From Verrucomicrobiota bacterium (GTDB lineage Bacteria; Verrucomicrobiota; Verrucomicrobiia; Verrucomicrobiales; V1-33): DNA of 64,000 bases. The position numbers and the translations under genes are program-made. The DNA lies in NCBI GenBank assembly GCA_040387795.1, contig JAZKDC010000027.1, forward strand, positions 85,845 through 149,844, read 5' to 3'. The first letter of the stretch is position 1, and the number at the start of each line of letters is the position of its first letter. Below are positions 48,401-57,535 of this stretch, in pieces. Below the pieces are notes generated by a model that made no database searches, was not told the origin of the DNA, and was given only the letters and a program-made list of their open reading frames with translations.

Positions 48401-50219
48401 TTTCCCACGCGTAGGATTTCTGACCAAAACCCGACGAACTTTCGCCGCGCACATGCGTGCCGCAGCGGCCTTGGAAGTCCGGCAGGGCATCCAGCCGGGT
48501 GCGGCCGGTGGTGCCATCCGGCGCCAGCATAACTGAATAGCCCGGACGGAAAGGACGGGCTCCCGCAGGATCGGTGGTGCTGTCCACCGCCACCCCGAAG
48601 CTGTCCATCACCAGCACCGGCAGGTTGGACGTGAATACGGATCCGGAGCTGTTGTAGTTGGTCAGGGTGGGATCCAGCTTGAGGAAGGTCCGGCTGCTCA
48701 CCGGGCCGGGCAGCCGCCCTGGCAGGAAGACCCGGGCCCGGACGGTGGTGCTGGCCGTAATGGAAAAGGGGGCGGTATACACCGGCGAGATTTCCGTGGG
48801 AATGCTCTGCCCCAACGTATAACGCACCACCGCGCCGGGAGCCACGGGCGGCAGGATCGACAGCACCGCGGGAGTGGTGTTGGCCAGCAGGCCACCTTCA
48901 CGGGAGAAGACCACGTCTTCCGCCGGGGGACCGGCATCCATCAGGCTGATGTTTTTCTTGCCCGGCGTGGCGACTTCCAAATACCCCCGCTGCCGGGCCG
49001 CGCCCAGTTCCCCATACGGCACATCCTCGTGCTGCTGGCCATAGGTATACTCCGAAGCCACTGTCAGATCAGGCCGCACCAAGGCCAGGTAACCGCCGGT
49101 TTTGGGCAGCGTGAAGGTCGTATGCCATTGCCCGGCGGCGACCGCCCGGTTTTTCGCGGAGGCGAAGACCACCCGGTATTGGTTCGCCCCCAGGGTGACG
49201 GCGGGCAGCGCCCATTTGTTGGGCAGGGCGGGATCATCGGTCAGGAACCAACCGGTCAGGGACACCCCGGCCGCGGAGCCGTTGAACAACTCGATCCAGT
49301 CAGGGCTTTCGAGATCCTCGTCCTCATACGAATCCTTGTTCTCCGCCACAAACTCGGTGATCACCGGTCCACCGGTCGCGATATTTGCCAAGGGGGTCGT
49401 CAGGACCTGGAGGTTGTCGATGCTGATCTCCTGGGTCGCCACTGGCCCGGTGCGGGCCGAGAACGCCACGGTATCCCCGACGCGCGGGGCGAAGCCCGGC
49501 ACGGCCAGATTCAGGAAAACGTCCGTGTTGTTCCAGCGCACATCCACTCCCTGAGCATCCCAACGCACCGTCACCGGCCGGAAGGTGGCATCATTGGTAA
49601 AGGTCATCGGCGCACGTGCAATGACCACCCGGTTTGCGTAGACCACGATTTCCCCCTCCACTTCGCTGATGGCAGGATCATCATAGGTCTTCCACCCGAC
49701 GACCAGACCATTGGCCAGCGCCCAGCCGAGCTCCCCATCGCCATCGCTGGGTGGAATGTCCCCGAAATTCACCGCAAACCCCTCGCCGGCGGTTCCGGTG
49801 GCAGACAGCTTCAGATTGAAATTAACCGTCAGGGCGGAGACATCCAGACCGACGTCGATCTCCGGCAGCTTGAAGGAAGTGATCGTATCCGGAATGCCGT
49901 TGGCAGTGAGGCGGAGCGCACTGCTCTGCACCGAAGCCACCGGAACGGGCGGCGTTCCCGTGAGGGTGCTGTTCAACGCGGTGCCGTCATTCCAGGTGAT
50001 CCCGCCGGGCACGGTGCCATTGGTGTAGGTAAAACCCTGCGTGCCCGCCACCGCCGGATAGGTGCCCGCGACCGCTGGCAGCCCCTTCCCTGCGCAAAAG
50101 GCCACTAGCAGGGTCCGGGTAAGACGGAGAAGAAGGGGGGCACGGCCGGGACCGTTCCTTTTGGGCCGGCAGGGGGGAGTGCCGTTAGCCTGACGGCAGG
50201 CAAATTGGGTTTTGAACAT
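45426..50219 (-). CDS. Giant secreted multidomain protein (~1600 aa), a paralog of the 36662..41833 product: lamin-tail domain, CotH kinase-like domain, second lamin-tail domain, and a C-terminal D-x-D-x-DG module.
   Basis: LTD: PVITEFVAEN...DWIELFNGS...LTGWFLTDD...YRVVFAS. CotH-like: YAWEIWNNENQ...VKFVEVFFNQ. Second LTD: LVVSEINYAP...DFEFIELLN...RVIVCG. C-terminus: DADDDGDGVPNLAEYAFGTNP. The start is placed at MFKTQF..., just before the hydrophobic signal LLLRLTRTLLVAFCAG. The track ATG at 50321 is also possible. Confidence 0.75.
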   Translation of the reverse strand: MFKTQFACRQANGTPPCRPKRNGPGRAPLLLRLTRTLLVAFCAGKGLPAVAGTYPAVAGTQGFTYTNGTVPGGITWNDGTALNSTLTGTPPVPVASVQSSALRLTANGIPDTITSFKLPEIDVGLDVSALTVNFNLKLSATGTAGEGFAVNFGDIPPSDGDGELGWALANGLVVGWKTYDDPAISEVEGEIVVYANRVVIARAPMTFTNDATFRPVTVRWDAQGVDVRWNNTDVFLNLAVPGFAPRVGDTVAFSARTGPVATQEISIDNLQVLTTPLANIATGGPVITEFVAENKDSYEDEDLESPDWIELFNGSAAGVSLTGWFLTDDPALPNKWALPAVTLGANQYRVVFASAKNRAVAAGQWHTTFTLPKTGGYLALVRPDLTVASEYTYGQQHEDVPYGELGAARQRGYLEVATPGKKNISLMDAGPPAEDVVFSREGGLLANTTPAVLSILPPVAPGAVVRYTLGQSIPTEISPVYTAPFSITASTTVRARVFLPGRLPGPVSSRTFLKLDPTLTNYNSSGSVFTSNLPVLVMDSFGVAVDSTTDPAGARPFRPGYSVMLAPDGTTGRTRLDALPDFQGRCGTHVRGESSSGFGQKSYAWEIWNNENQDKDESVLGLPAESDWALHGPWSDKSMMRNYLVYSTFGEMHQDWFAPRVKFVEVFFNQEANQPVSYSDYRGVYLLVEKIKSSSSRLGLEKTNPLVTDPLLIQGGYIFKKDKASPGSTAWTTASQGISIQSADPEALSTGQRNYLQGYINSFETALYGASSTNPATGYAKWIDVPSFIDWQWAVEISKQIDGYVFSTYFHKDRGGKMKAGPLWDFNISLGNADYAEGEFPTGWDYDASRVAPLNGSLWFPQLHRDPNYRVATFDRYWQLRNSVWSTAAIQARIEAVSELLRDGNPTPVTSSTPLSAQSPAMRQFRRHALLGIRHWPNPADASTRTTFQAEVAHLKQWITDRLAWADNQFLLGSTAMRPPVLTSVNAGNNSVQVSLAPFSQVQPGFRFPDAEIRYTTDGTDPRPSGYGLPGAVQSMTFLTEYGQGSWFVPTVANGGSTLALTDWTGITDPPNAASWTAGQLGFGFDTGVSSTTNPTLYHVGGAHLNDNTWTGGTGNVQTALLDNNSALMVRVPFTVTEDQRNRLVSLKAKVRYDDGFVLFVNGVEAARQNILPASPAVWNATADATPGTFTDTLGVTGVTVDISHVLGNLQTGTNILAVLALNKTAADTDLLCVPSLTGSLGVKPTGLNAPAITSPVYSSPLVLSSSAVVKARLFVPGTGLWGPLASSNYIVAAEPPTRATLVVSEINYAPLPPTAAEITAGAIEASDFEFIELLNTGATPLDLTGVRLSGAVQEFNFTNGDAAALTLLPGGRVIVCGKLSAFRARYGNGARVAGAFTGNLNNAGEMITLLDGNGATLWSFAYDEQSPWPLINEGGRSIILTNAALQPAPEPSLGSNWRPGPSSGGDPGTAGSLPFTLVADADDDGDGVPNLAEYAFGTNPADAGSSRALTVSADPPVPGFSPVLRFEIPVGLNADGYRVDIQSSTNLSSWAAAVPAPVNQGIRFGADGQASTHWEMPASPATPQLPRFFRVMVTQP

Positions 50220-50364
50220 AACAGGGATTAAACGGGGGGATAGCGGCGCGTGCCGGACTGCCGCACGGACAGCCAGCGGCACCAACACCCCCGGTTTTCG
50301 GAAATACGCCGCAAAAGTCAATGTTCTTCCCCAACCTCAGTTTGTCCGTCGCGGGTGCCGCGGG

Positions 50365-50976
50365 TTATTCTCCAAACATCCTGGAAATGTCTGGTTCATC
50401 GTATCCCAGAATCCAAGCACGATGCCGCCGGTAGATCGGTTCCAATTCATCCTTGCCCACCGCCACCACATCAAGGCCCCGGTCATCGTAAAGATGGAAC
50501 GCAACGGTGCGGCGGGGATTCAATAAATAACAATTCCCTTCCCATCCTGCTCCAAAATCCGAATACAGCATCAGTTCCAGGATTTTGCCCCAGTCGGCAT
50601 CGGCTTTCCTCACTGTCACGGTGGCCCGGTTCCAGTGCTGTTTACGCCTCTGGAGATTGCGCGCTTCGACATCCCGCCGCTTCGAAAATTGGATTGGTGT
50701 CATCCCCGCTTCTGAAGCCAGGGCGAGCAGAGGATGCGTCAGCGGGATTTTCTTCCGTCCAGCTGAAAACTGCTGCAGCACCAGAATCACCGCGGCTTCA
50801 TTCTCAAATACGCTTTCAAAAAGAGTAATCGCCCTGCGGCGTGCCTCTTCGAAGTAAGGGGGATTGAGTGCCCGGCCTGGCTTGAGCGCCTCGATTTCCG
50901 GTGGGCCGGTTTCGAAACGAAGCCCAGAGGCGTGCTTGTAGAAAAGGGCTGGTTCGAGGCAACTGATGATGTCCAT
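50365..50976 (-). CDS. Hypothetical protein (~203 aa).
   Basis: The sequence is protein-like from MDIISCLEPALFYKH.... The upstream part of the track ORF overlaps the VIT gene and has GC-shadow composition. Confidence 0.4.
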   Translation of the reverse strand: MDIISCLEPALFYKHASGLRFETGPPEIEALKPGRALNPPYFEEARRRAITLFESVFENEAAVILVLQQFSAGRKKIPLTHPLLALASEAGMTPIQFSKRRDVEARNLQRRKQHWNRATVTVRKADADWGKILELMLYSDFGAGWEGNCYLLNPRRTVAFHLYDDRGLDVVAVGKDELEPIYRRHRAWILGYDEPDISRMFGE

Positions 50977-50996
50977 ACGCCTACCGGAAGCCGCGC

Positions 50997-51731
50997 TCAC
51001 CCCACCGCCCCGAACAACGCTCCCGCCCCGGCGGTGAGGGCCATGGCCAGCGCTCCCCAGAAGGTGACGCGCGCGGTGGCCCGCCAGATGGGAGAGCCGC
51101 CCGCCCAGGCCGCGAGGCCGCCGAGCAGGGCGAGGAAAACGAGCGAGCACAGTGAAACCGTCCAGACCAGCGAAGCCGATGGGACGATCAGCACCAGCAC
51201 CAGGGGCAGCGCCGCCCCCACTGCGAAGGTGCCCGCCGAAGCGAGCGCGGCCTGCACCGGGCGGGCGCTCAGACTTTCGGAAATGCCCAGCTCATCGCGG
51301 GCATGCGTGCCGTGGGCGTCATGGGCGGTCAATTGCCGGGCCACCTCACTGGCCAGTCCAGCCTCCAGTCCTCGCGCCACATAGATGGCGGTCAGCTCGG
51401 CCAGTTCCTTTTCAGGCTCGGTAGCCAGCTCCAGCCGCTCCCGTTGGAGGTCGGCCTGCTCAGTATCAGCCTGGGAACTGACGGAAACATATTCCCCCGC
51501 CGCCATCGACATCGCGCCTGCCACCAGTCCGGCAATGCCCGTGACCAGCACGTTGCCATGGCTGGCATCGGCCGCAGCCACCCCGACGATCAAACTGGCT
51601 GTGGAGACAATCCCGTCATTCGCGCCCAGGACTGCCGCCCGGAGCCAGCCGATGCGGTGCGTGCGGTGGTTTTCATCGTGTCGCATCATCCGGTTACGAA
51701 ACGCAGCAACCCTCCTGTCACAAGCCTTCAA
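50997..51731 (-). CDS. VIT1/CCC1 family iron/manganese transporter.
   Basis: AAVLGANDGIVSTASLIVGVA is the family signature. A cytoplasmic acidic helix region lies between the TM blocks. Confidence 0.75.
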   Translation of the reverse strand: MKACDRRVAAFRNRMMRHDENHRTHRIGWLRAAVLGANDGIVSTASLIVGVAAADASHGNVLVTGIAGLVAGAMSMAAGEYVSVSSQADTEQADLQRERLELATEPEKELAELTAIYVARGLEAGLASEVARQLTAHDAHGTHARDELGISESLSARPVQAALASAGTFAVGAALPLVLVLIVPSASLVWTVSLCSLVFLALLGGLAAWAGGSPIWRATARVTFWGALAMALTAGAGALFGAVG

Positions 51732-51770
51732 CCCAAGCCACCAGGGAGGAGCCCGACCCGCCCGCGGAAT

Positions 51771-52799
51771 TCATTTTCTCAAGTTCTCGTCGAACCAATC
51801 CGCGAATTGCCGCACATCCCACATCATGGTCAGCCAGCCATGATTTCCCCCCGGATGGATGATGAGTTCGACGCGGCGGCCCAGCTCCTTGGCCCGGGCC
51901 TGAAAGCGTTGAGATTGATCAAGGGGCACCAGGGTGTCGGCGTCGCCGTGGAAGATCAGCGTCGGGGGCAAGGCCGACGTAACATAAAAGATGGGCGACA
52001 TGGCGCGGCCGGTGATCTGCCAGGCGGGCAGGTCCTGCGGGTCCTGGGCAAAGGCCTTGAGGAAGCTTTTGGGCGCGCCGCCATCGTGCAGGTTCTCCGT
52101 GGAAGCCCCGAGGTTCAGCAGATCCGTCACCGGGTAGAAAATCGCCACCGCCTGCACCGCACTGGATTCGCGGTCCACCGGGTCCGGGGCGTCCGCCGGC
52201 CCGGGGCCGCCGCGGGTGGCCAGCATCAGGCTGAGGTGCCCCCCGGCACTGCCTCCACTCACGCCCAGCCGCGCCGGGTCCACGCCGTAGTCCCGCGCCC
52301 GATGACGAATGAACCGCACCGCCCGGTTCACGTCGTCGACCGTCTCCATCACCGTGGCGGTTGGCTGCGAAACGTGGCAGACCGGGAAGGTCGTATAACC
52401 CCGCCGCAGGAGCGGCGCGATGGTCCACGGCTTGAAGGAATCCACCCCTGATCTCCAGCCACCACTCACCACAAAAATCACGCCCAGACCATTGGGCTTG
52501 GCCGGCCGCACCACCTCAAACGTCAGATCCTGCCCATGGCGCTGGCCGTACACGATCCGGGGCGAGCGCTCGAAGGTGGGATGAAAATACAGCCAGCCGG
52601 AGCCGATGATCACCAAGGCCAGCAGGATAAGCGCGGCGAGAGTCCGCAGCAGGAGACGTAAGGGTCGGGGGCATTTCACGACGGCAGCCTGACGGGAAAT
52701 CAGCCCCGCCGAAAGCCTGATTTTCAGGGGAAGACAGTTTGCCCTAAAAAAGACGCTGACGGGCCACAGCCGGAGCGGAGCGGAGACAGCCGAAGGCAA
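51771..52799 (-). CDS. Alpha/beta-hydrolase fold esterase/lipase.
   Basis: It has the GVSGGSAGGHLS nucleophile elbow (GxSxG) and an N-terminal TM/signal segment LRLLLRTLAALILLALVIIG. Confidence 0.75.
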   Translation of the reverse strand: MPSAVSAPLRLWPVSVFFRANCLPLKIRLSAGLISRQAAVVKCPRPLRLLLRTLAALILLALVIIGSGWLYFHPTFERSPRIVYGQRHGQDLTFEVVRPAKPNGLGVIFVVSGGWRSGVDSFKPWTIAPLLRRGYTTFPVCHVSQPTATVMETVDDVNRAVRFIRHRARDYGVDPARLGVSGGSAGGHLSLMLATRGGPGPADAPDPVDRESSAVQAVAIFYPVTDLLNLGASTENLHDGGAPKSFLKAFAQDPQDLPAWQITGRAMSPIFYVTSALPPTLIFHGDADTLVPLDQSQRFQARAKELGRRVELIIHPGGNHGWLTMMWDVRQFADWFDENLRK

Positions 52800-52813
52800 A
52801 TGGCACGAATAGA

Positions 52814-52896
52814 ACTGATAATCACGGATTTATGAAGAACGTCCCATTCACCCTCAAAGTGAAATCACAATTTTGCGTATATCCGTGATTATCAGT
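52814..52896. repeat. 16-bp perfect inverted repeat (actgataatcacggat / atccgtgattatcagt) with a 51-bp AT-rich spacer.
   Basis: This is read directly from the sequence. It lies between the start of the hydrolase gene (52799) and the end of the 52955..53356 gene. Confidence 0.8.
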
Positions 52897-52954
52897 ATCA
52901 TCGGTGTTGTCCGGGGCCCGCTACTTTCCCATTTAGGCTTACTCCCCTGCCCCT

Positions 52955-53356
52955 TCACCGCCGCGACCGGTAGAGCAGCCCCAGCAGAAGAACCGCCCCG
53001 GCGATGAACCCGATGGCTCCAGACAAGGAAACGCCGGACACATAATCGCTATCGCTGGCTTTCGTCATCACCAGAAACGTCACTTCATCCAGGATCAGGC
53101 CACTGCCGCAACCCAGGACCAGCCGCGCGAGGATCGCCGACCACCGGTGCCGCGTCCCAAAAGCGAGGACAAAGGCCGCAGGAATCACCAGCAACACCCC
53201 CGTGAACAAATGGTGCACCAGGTATCCCCCGGGATAGACATGCTGCACGCGCACCAGATGCAGCCAGAGCCGCAGGCCGAGGACAATGCCCACCAGCGGC
53301 AGCAGAATCAAAAGCAGGGTCTGCTTCGGCGTTAAGGGCTGACTGGGATCATTCAT
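52955..53356 (-). CDS. Small hypothetical membrane protein (133 aa).
   Basis: Four hydrophobic segments. It sits in a lower-GC neighbourhood. Confidence 0.35.
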   Translation of the reverse strand: MNDPSQPLTPKQTLLLILLPLVGIVLGLRLWLHLVRVQHVYPGGYLVHHLFTGVLLVIPAAFVLAFGTRHRWSAILARLVLGCGSGLILDEVTFLVMTKASDSDYVSGVSLSGAIGFIAGAVLLLGLLYRSRR

Positions 53357-53514
53357 GGGCTTGGGGGAAACTATCAGGAACGAGCCTGATCAAGGCTCCA
53401 CTGAAGCGAAGCCAGGGTGACCAAAAGGCGTGAATTTAAAGCGTGAAAAACCAACGAAGCATGATCCCACCGATTAACAGCTGAGCTTTTAGGCATTGGA
53501 AGAATTCCCTAAGG

Positions 53515-54180
53515 CTAATAACCATCGCGACCCCAACAGAAATAGAGAAGCTGTTGTTGCGGATCCAGAATGAAATTGCACCAGCGGCCGCCATCGTCGG
53601 TGGCACTGCAGCTGGGAAGAACTGCTCCGAAGCTATAATCACCGAGCACCTTATAGGCGTTGCTTGACACCCAAAGCGGCAGAGGACCATCCGACCCCGC
53701 AAACCTCAAGGCTAGTGATGGTGCCATTTCGTGGATTTTCGAACCCGGGAGCACCCGAAGCACGCACTCAAAGCTCATCCTATCCTGCTTCCAACGGCAC
53801 TCATAAAACCCAACAACCGGCTGGAGATCATCTGGAAGTTCCCGACAACCCGCAAGAAGGGCGGTCATGGATAAGCGGCGGCGGACATGGACATCACTGG
53901 CTACAGCCTCAAAGCCGTCCCGACCAAACAAGACTCTCTCAAGGAATGCGGCTGGGAGCAGCGGGATGACCGATACACTTGATGCGTTGAATAATTTATT
54001 CCGTGCTCGTCCAAACCAATGACCCGCCTCAGGCGCCCAACTGCCAGCCAAGAGATCGCCACGACAGACCATCACGCCACCGAACCAGCGACAGGCGATG
54101 TAAATACCGAAATACACCACCAGACAGGCCAGGGATATCTTGATTGTTTTCGAACGCATCGGGATGACTGGTCCGCCCAA
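53515..54180 (-). CDS. Hypothetical membrane-anchored protein (221 aa), lower-GC region.
   Basis: N-terminal TM segment (ISLACLVVYFGIYIACRWF). It is Cys-rich, with no recognisable motif. Confidence 0.35.
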   Translation of the reverse strand: MGGPVIPMRSKTIKISLACLVVYFGIYIACRWFGGVMVCRGDLLAGSWAPEAGHWFGRARNKLFNASSVSVIPLLPAAFLERVLFGRDGFEAVASDVHVRRRLSMTALLAGCRELPDDLQPVVGFYECRWKQDRMSFECVLRVLPGSKIHEMAPSLALRFAGSDGPLPLWVSSNAYKVLGDYSFGAVLPSCSATDDGGRWCNFILDPQQQLLYFCWGRDGY

Positions 54181-54704
54181 GCAATACCGATCGTCGGAGA
54201 GAGGACAAGTGATGAGACGCTCGACCGGTACCCAGTTACTGAAGATTCACCCCAATCCAATTCCCAGCTAACCTGATTTGATCCGGCCGGTTTGAGTGTG
54301 GGGAGCTGAATCAACGAGGAGCGAAGGCAACGAGGCTCAGCAGCCCCGGCACGCCAGCCGCAAAAGACAGTCCGGTACCGATCCATGTTTGCCTTGGTGA
54401 ACTTGCGCGGAGCAAGCCGTAGAGGGAGAACAGCAGGGAAACCAGAAAGCCCGGCCAGAGGTCAGGAAAGGGCGACATGGTGATGCCCGTCAACAGCAGG
54501 ACGAGAAGCCCTGTGGCAAAGAACAGCCCGCCCCCGGATTTCCGGCCGCGCCAAGTTGTGGGACTTGGATCTGGAGGGCTGGCAGGCGGGGCAGGTGGTC
54601 TCACCACGAACGATGTCAGGATTTGCTGCTTCGCTGATTTCAGAGGTCAGAAAAGGGACAGCATCCCCGGCGGAATCCGCGTCAGAGCTACCTTCCCGTC
54701 GCCG

Positions 54705-56462
54705 CTACTTCGCCGCCGTTTTGGCCGGCTCGGGATCATCCGCCGCTTCGAAGAAGCCGATGAACATCTCATCCCAACTTTGTTCGCCGAAGACGACGCG
54801 TTTGCCGGGAGCGGGGTTGGCGGGGTTGAGCGCCGAGTTGTCAAACGCGCCCGACACCATCAACCAGGAGCCGGCCGGCACGTGGCGCGGTTGTTCGAGG
54901 TAATAACTGAGCTGCCACTGGAAATCATAACGCGGCACGTGGAGCAGGGTCTCGCGTTTGCCGTCAGGGAGCAGGAGTTCATAGCGCATCCATTTTCCCC
55001 GGAAGTGCATGTGCGGGAAGAGGCCATAGATGGTGGCAGATTTGGTGAAGGCGTAGGTCGCGGTCTGCCGGGCCTCGGCAACCCCGGGCGGGATGTTGAG
55101 GTTGAGCTCAATGGCCTGCCGGGTTTCCGCCGAACGCTCCGGCGGCTCCGCGGCGCGGTAGAGGGCGACCTCGCTCTGATCCGTCTCTTCGGAACCGTTG
55201 GTGGTGTAGTGCAACTCCAGCGTCAGCTCTGCATTGCCGGGCAGCTTTTTCGCCACGCCGGGGGGATATTTCATGGCAGTGGAACCGGGTGCCCAGCCGA
55301 TAAAAAACACCCCCTTGCTGCTGCCGCTGTCCGGCGCGCCGGGCCACTTGGCGTAGAGGATCACGTGGTGCACCACCTTGCGGTTGCCGGCCTTCACGTC
55401 GAGGGCGCTCAACCAGACGTCTTCCTTGAAGGGGTTGGCCACCTTGATGTGACGGTAATCGAGCACTCCGGTGGCGGGGATCTTCTGCACTTCGGCCACC
55501 TTGAGCACCGCGTCGGGTTTCCCCAGCGGCCACTCGGGCAGTGCGGCCAACGGGGCCTCCAAGGGGTCGGCGCCCTCCCCGCGCGGCGCCCCGGCTTCCA
55601 CCCACCGGAGGAGGGTCTGCGTTTCTTCGAGCGACAGCGCATGCGGGTCGAGGAACTTGCCGTAGTCCGGATGCGGGTCCCACGGCGGCATGCGGCGGGT
55701 CAGCAGCACCTCCTCGATCATTTCAGCCTTGTTGGCCACGCGGCCGTGTTTGTTCATGCTGAAGGGTCCGATCCCGTCGGCGCGATGGCACGCCACACAA
55801 TGCCGCTGCAACAATGGCGCGATTTGCGTGGCGTAGTCGGGCACGGCGCCGGCTTCGGCGACTTTGGCATAACTGATCCGGCAACCGCGCGCCGGGGTCT
55901 TCGGGGTGGCGATTTCCTTGCCAGCCAAAAAGGCGGTCAGGGCCTGTTCGAGATACTTTTCCGTCGCCGCCGGCTTCTCCGCCCCTTCCGCCAATTGATC
56001 GTCGATCGCTCCCCGGTAAAAAATGCTCCAGTCCTTGGTGTCGATGGCCACCACTTCCGCGGTGCGCTCCACCTGCAGGGCCAGCGCCAGGCTCTGCTTG
56101 CTATCCAGCAGACAGGTCATGCTCCACAAACCCAGTTTCTGGCATTCCTTGCGCACGTCTTTTTTCGAGTCGTCCGCATAGGCGTTCACCAGCCAGAAAT
56201 TCATGCCCTCGCTTTCGAAGCGGTCCTTCAAGTCGCGGAATTTCAACGCGTTCTTGCGGACGATGGGGCAGCCGGTGCCGGTGAACATCAAGACCACCAC
56301 CCGGCCCGGGGTGCGGTGCAGTTCGTGATTGGCGTCGTCCAGGTCGAGCAATGAAAAATTGGGCACGGTGGACCGGTCCCCGGCACGGGCCGGCAGGTGG
56401 GACAGCAGCAGCGCCGCCAGCAGGATCAGCGCGTGGGGAAAGAACTTGGAGTGCGGAGTCAT
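54705..56462 (-). CDS. Secreted multidomain redox protein: redoxin (AhpC/TSA-like) domain, c-type heme-binding site, and a C-terminal DBH/PHM-like domain.
   Basis: Signal peptide present. Redoxin motif: VVLMFTGTGCPIVRKN. Heme motif: CVACH (CxxCH). His-rich C-terminal domain: HHVILYA, HMHFRGK. Confidence 0.55.
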   Translation of the reverse strand: MTPHSKFFPHALILLAALLLSHLPARAGDRSTVPNFSLLDLDDANHELHRTPGRVVVLMFTGTGCPIVRKNALKFRDLKDRFESEGMNFWLVNAYADDSKKDVRKECQKLGLWSMTCLLDSKQSLALALQVERTAEVVAIDTKDWSIFYRGAIDDQLAEGAEKPAATEKYLEQALTAFLAGKEIATPKTPARGCRISYAKVAEAGAVPDYATQIAPLLQRHCVACHRADGIGPFSMNKHGRVANKAEMIEEVLLTRRMPPWDPHPDYGKFLDPHALSLEETQTLLRWVEAGAPRGEGADPLEAPLAALPEWPLGKPDAVLKVAEVQKIPATGVLDYRHIKVANPFKEDVWLSALDVKAGNRKVVHHVILYAKWPGAPDSGSSKGVFFIGWAPGSTAMKYPPGVAKKLPGNAELTLELHYTTNGSEETDQSEVALYRAAEPPERSAETRQAIELNLNIPPGVAEARQTATYAFTKSATIYGLFPHMHFRGKWMRYELLLPDGKRETLLHVPRYDFQWQLSYYLEQPRHVPAGSWLMVSGAFDNSALNPANPAPGKRVVFGEQSWDEMFIGFFEAADDPEPAKTAAK

Positions 56463-56674
56463 GATCGTTCAAACGGTTATCAGGCCGGCCTGGCTGCCAG
56501 CAAATTGCTGTCAGGCCCCGCCGGCAAGGAGAGAAGGTGCCTCGTGGGGCGCGCAAACCATAGGGGTCTGCCGGATCAATGTCCACCGCAGAGAGGCCCT
56601 GCAGCGCACTGACAGCGCCATCATGGTCCCGCCAACCGCCGCCGCTGGCCGCACCCGGGTGTCTTCCTTTCCGC

Positions 56675-57535
56675 TTACTCGATGATGAGTTCCATCCCCT
56701 CCCGGGCGAGGATGGTGTTGGGAAATCTTCCCTGACAGAGTTTTTCCATGTGCAGCAGGAATTCGTCGTCATGCTCGGGATCGTGGTGGGTCAGGACGAG
56801 ACGTTTCACCCCGGCCAGTTCCGCGAACTTCATGGCCTGATCATAACTGCTGTGTCCCCAGCCACGCCGCTTCGCCATTTCCTCCGCGGTGAACTGCGCG
56901 TCATGCACCAGCACATCCGCGCCCCGGGCCAGCTCCACCAGCTCCGGGTCCATCACCTCCAGATGCTCGACATCCGTGCAGATCACCAGCACCTTCCCTT
57001 CCCGCTCGATCCGGAAGCTATTCGCGCCGCCCGGATGATTCTGCTGCCGGGTCGTGACCTTGGTTTGCACCCCATTGACTCCGGTGAAGTGTTCACTGGC
57101 CTGGGAGATGGCGAGGAACTCGAACTCCGCCCCCATCTGATCCAGCTGCACCGGGAAATATTCCGTCCGCATCTGGACCTCAAAAATCTTCCGCAGTCCG
57201 CTGCTGGTCTGGTCCTTGCCAATCGTCAGGATCGTGATTTTCTGACCAGGCACATAGGCCGGGCCAAAGAAGGGGAACCCCTGGATATGATCCCAGTGGA
57301 AATGGGTGAAGGCCATCACGATCTGCTCCTGCTGGTGGCCGATCGCGAGCAGATCCTTCCCCAGATTCCGGATTCCGGTGCCCGCGTCGATGATCGCGAT
57401 GCGGTTGGTGTCCGTGAACGTGAGTTGCAGGCAGGTGGTATTGCCGCCGAACTGTTGGAATCCGGCATCACAGACGGGGATGGAGCCCCGGGTTCCATAG
57501 AATTTAAGCTTCATACTGGAGGAAATGGATTCCAT
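56675..57535 (-). CDS. MBL-fold metallo-hydrolase.
   Basis: It carries the HxHxDH motif THFHWDHIQG and downstream His/Asp ligands. The likely start is MKLKFYGTRGS (57514). Confidence 0.75.
   Translation of the reverse strand: MESISSSMKLKFYGTRGSIPVCDAGFQQFGGNTTCLQLTFTDTNRIAIIDAGTGIRNLGKDLLAIGHQQEQIVMAFTHFHWDHIQGFPFFGPAYVPGQKITILTIGKDQTSSGLRKIFEVQMRTEYFPVQLDQMGAEFEFLAISQASEHFTGVNGVQTKVTTRQQNHPGGANSFRIEREGKVLVICTDVEHLEVMDPELVELARGADVLVHDAQFTAEEMAKRRGWGHSSYDQAMKFAELAGVKRLVLTHHDPEHDDEFLLHMEKLCQGRFPNTILAREGMELIIE

Noticed and set aside
45942-50108. Plus-strand ORFs 45942..47234, 47313..47978 and 49029..50108.
   Set aside because: They are antisense to the second giant LTD/CotH gene.
54477-56354. 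625-aa plus-strand ORF, and ORFs 57592..58653, 25522..26595 and 23179..24060.
   Set aside because: They are antisense shadows of the redox protein, the sigma-fusion, the MFS gene and the DUF697-SHOCT gene respectively. They are all Gly/Arg/His-rich with no motifs.
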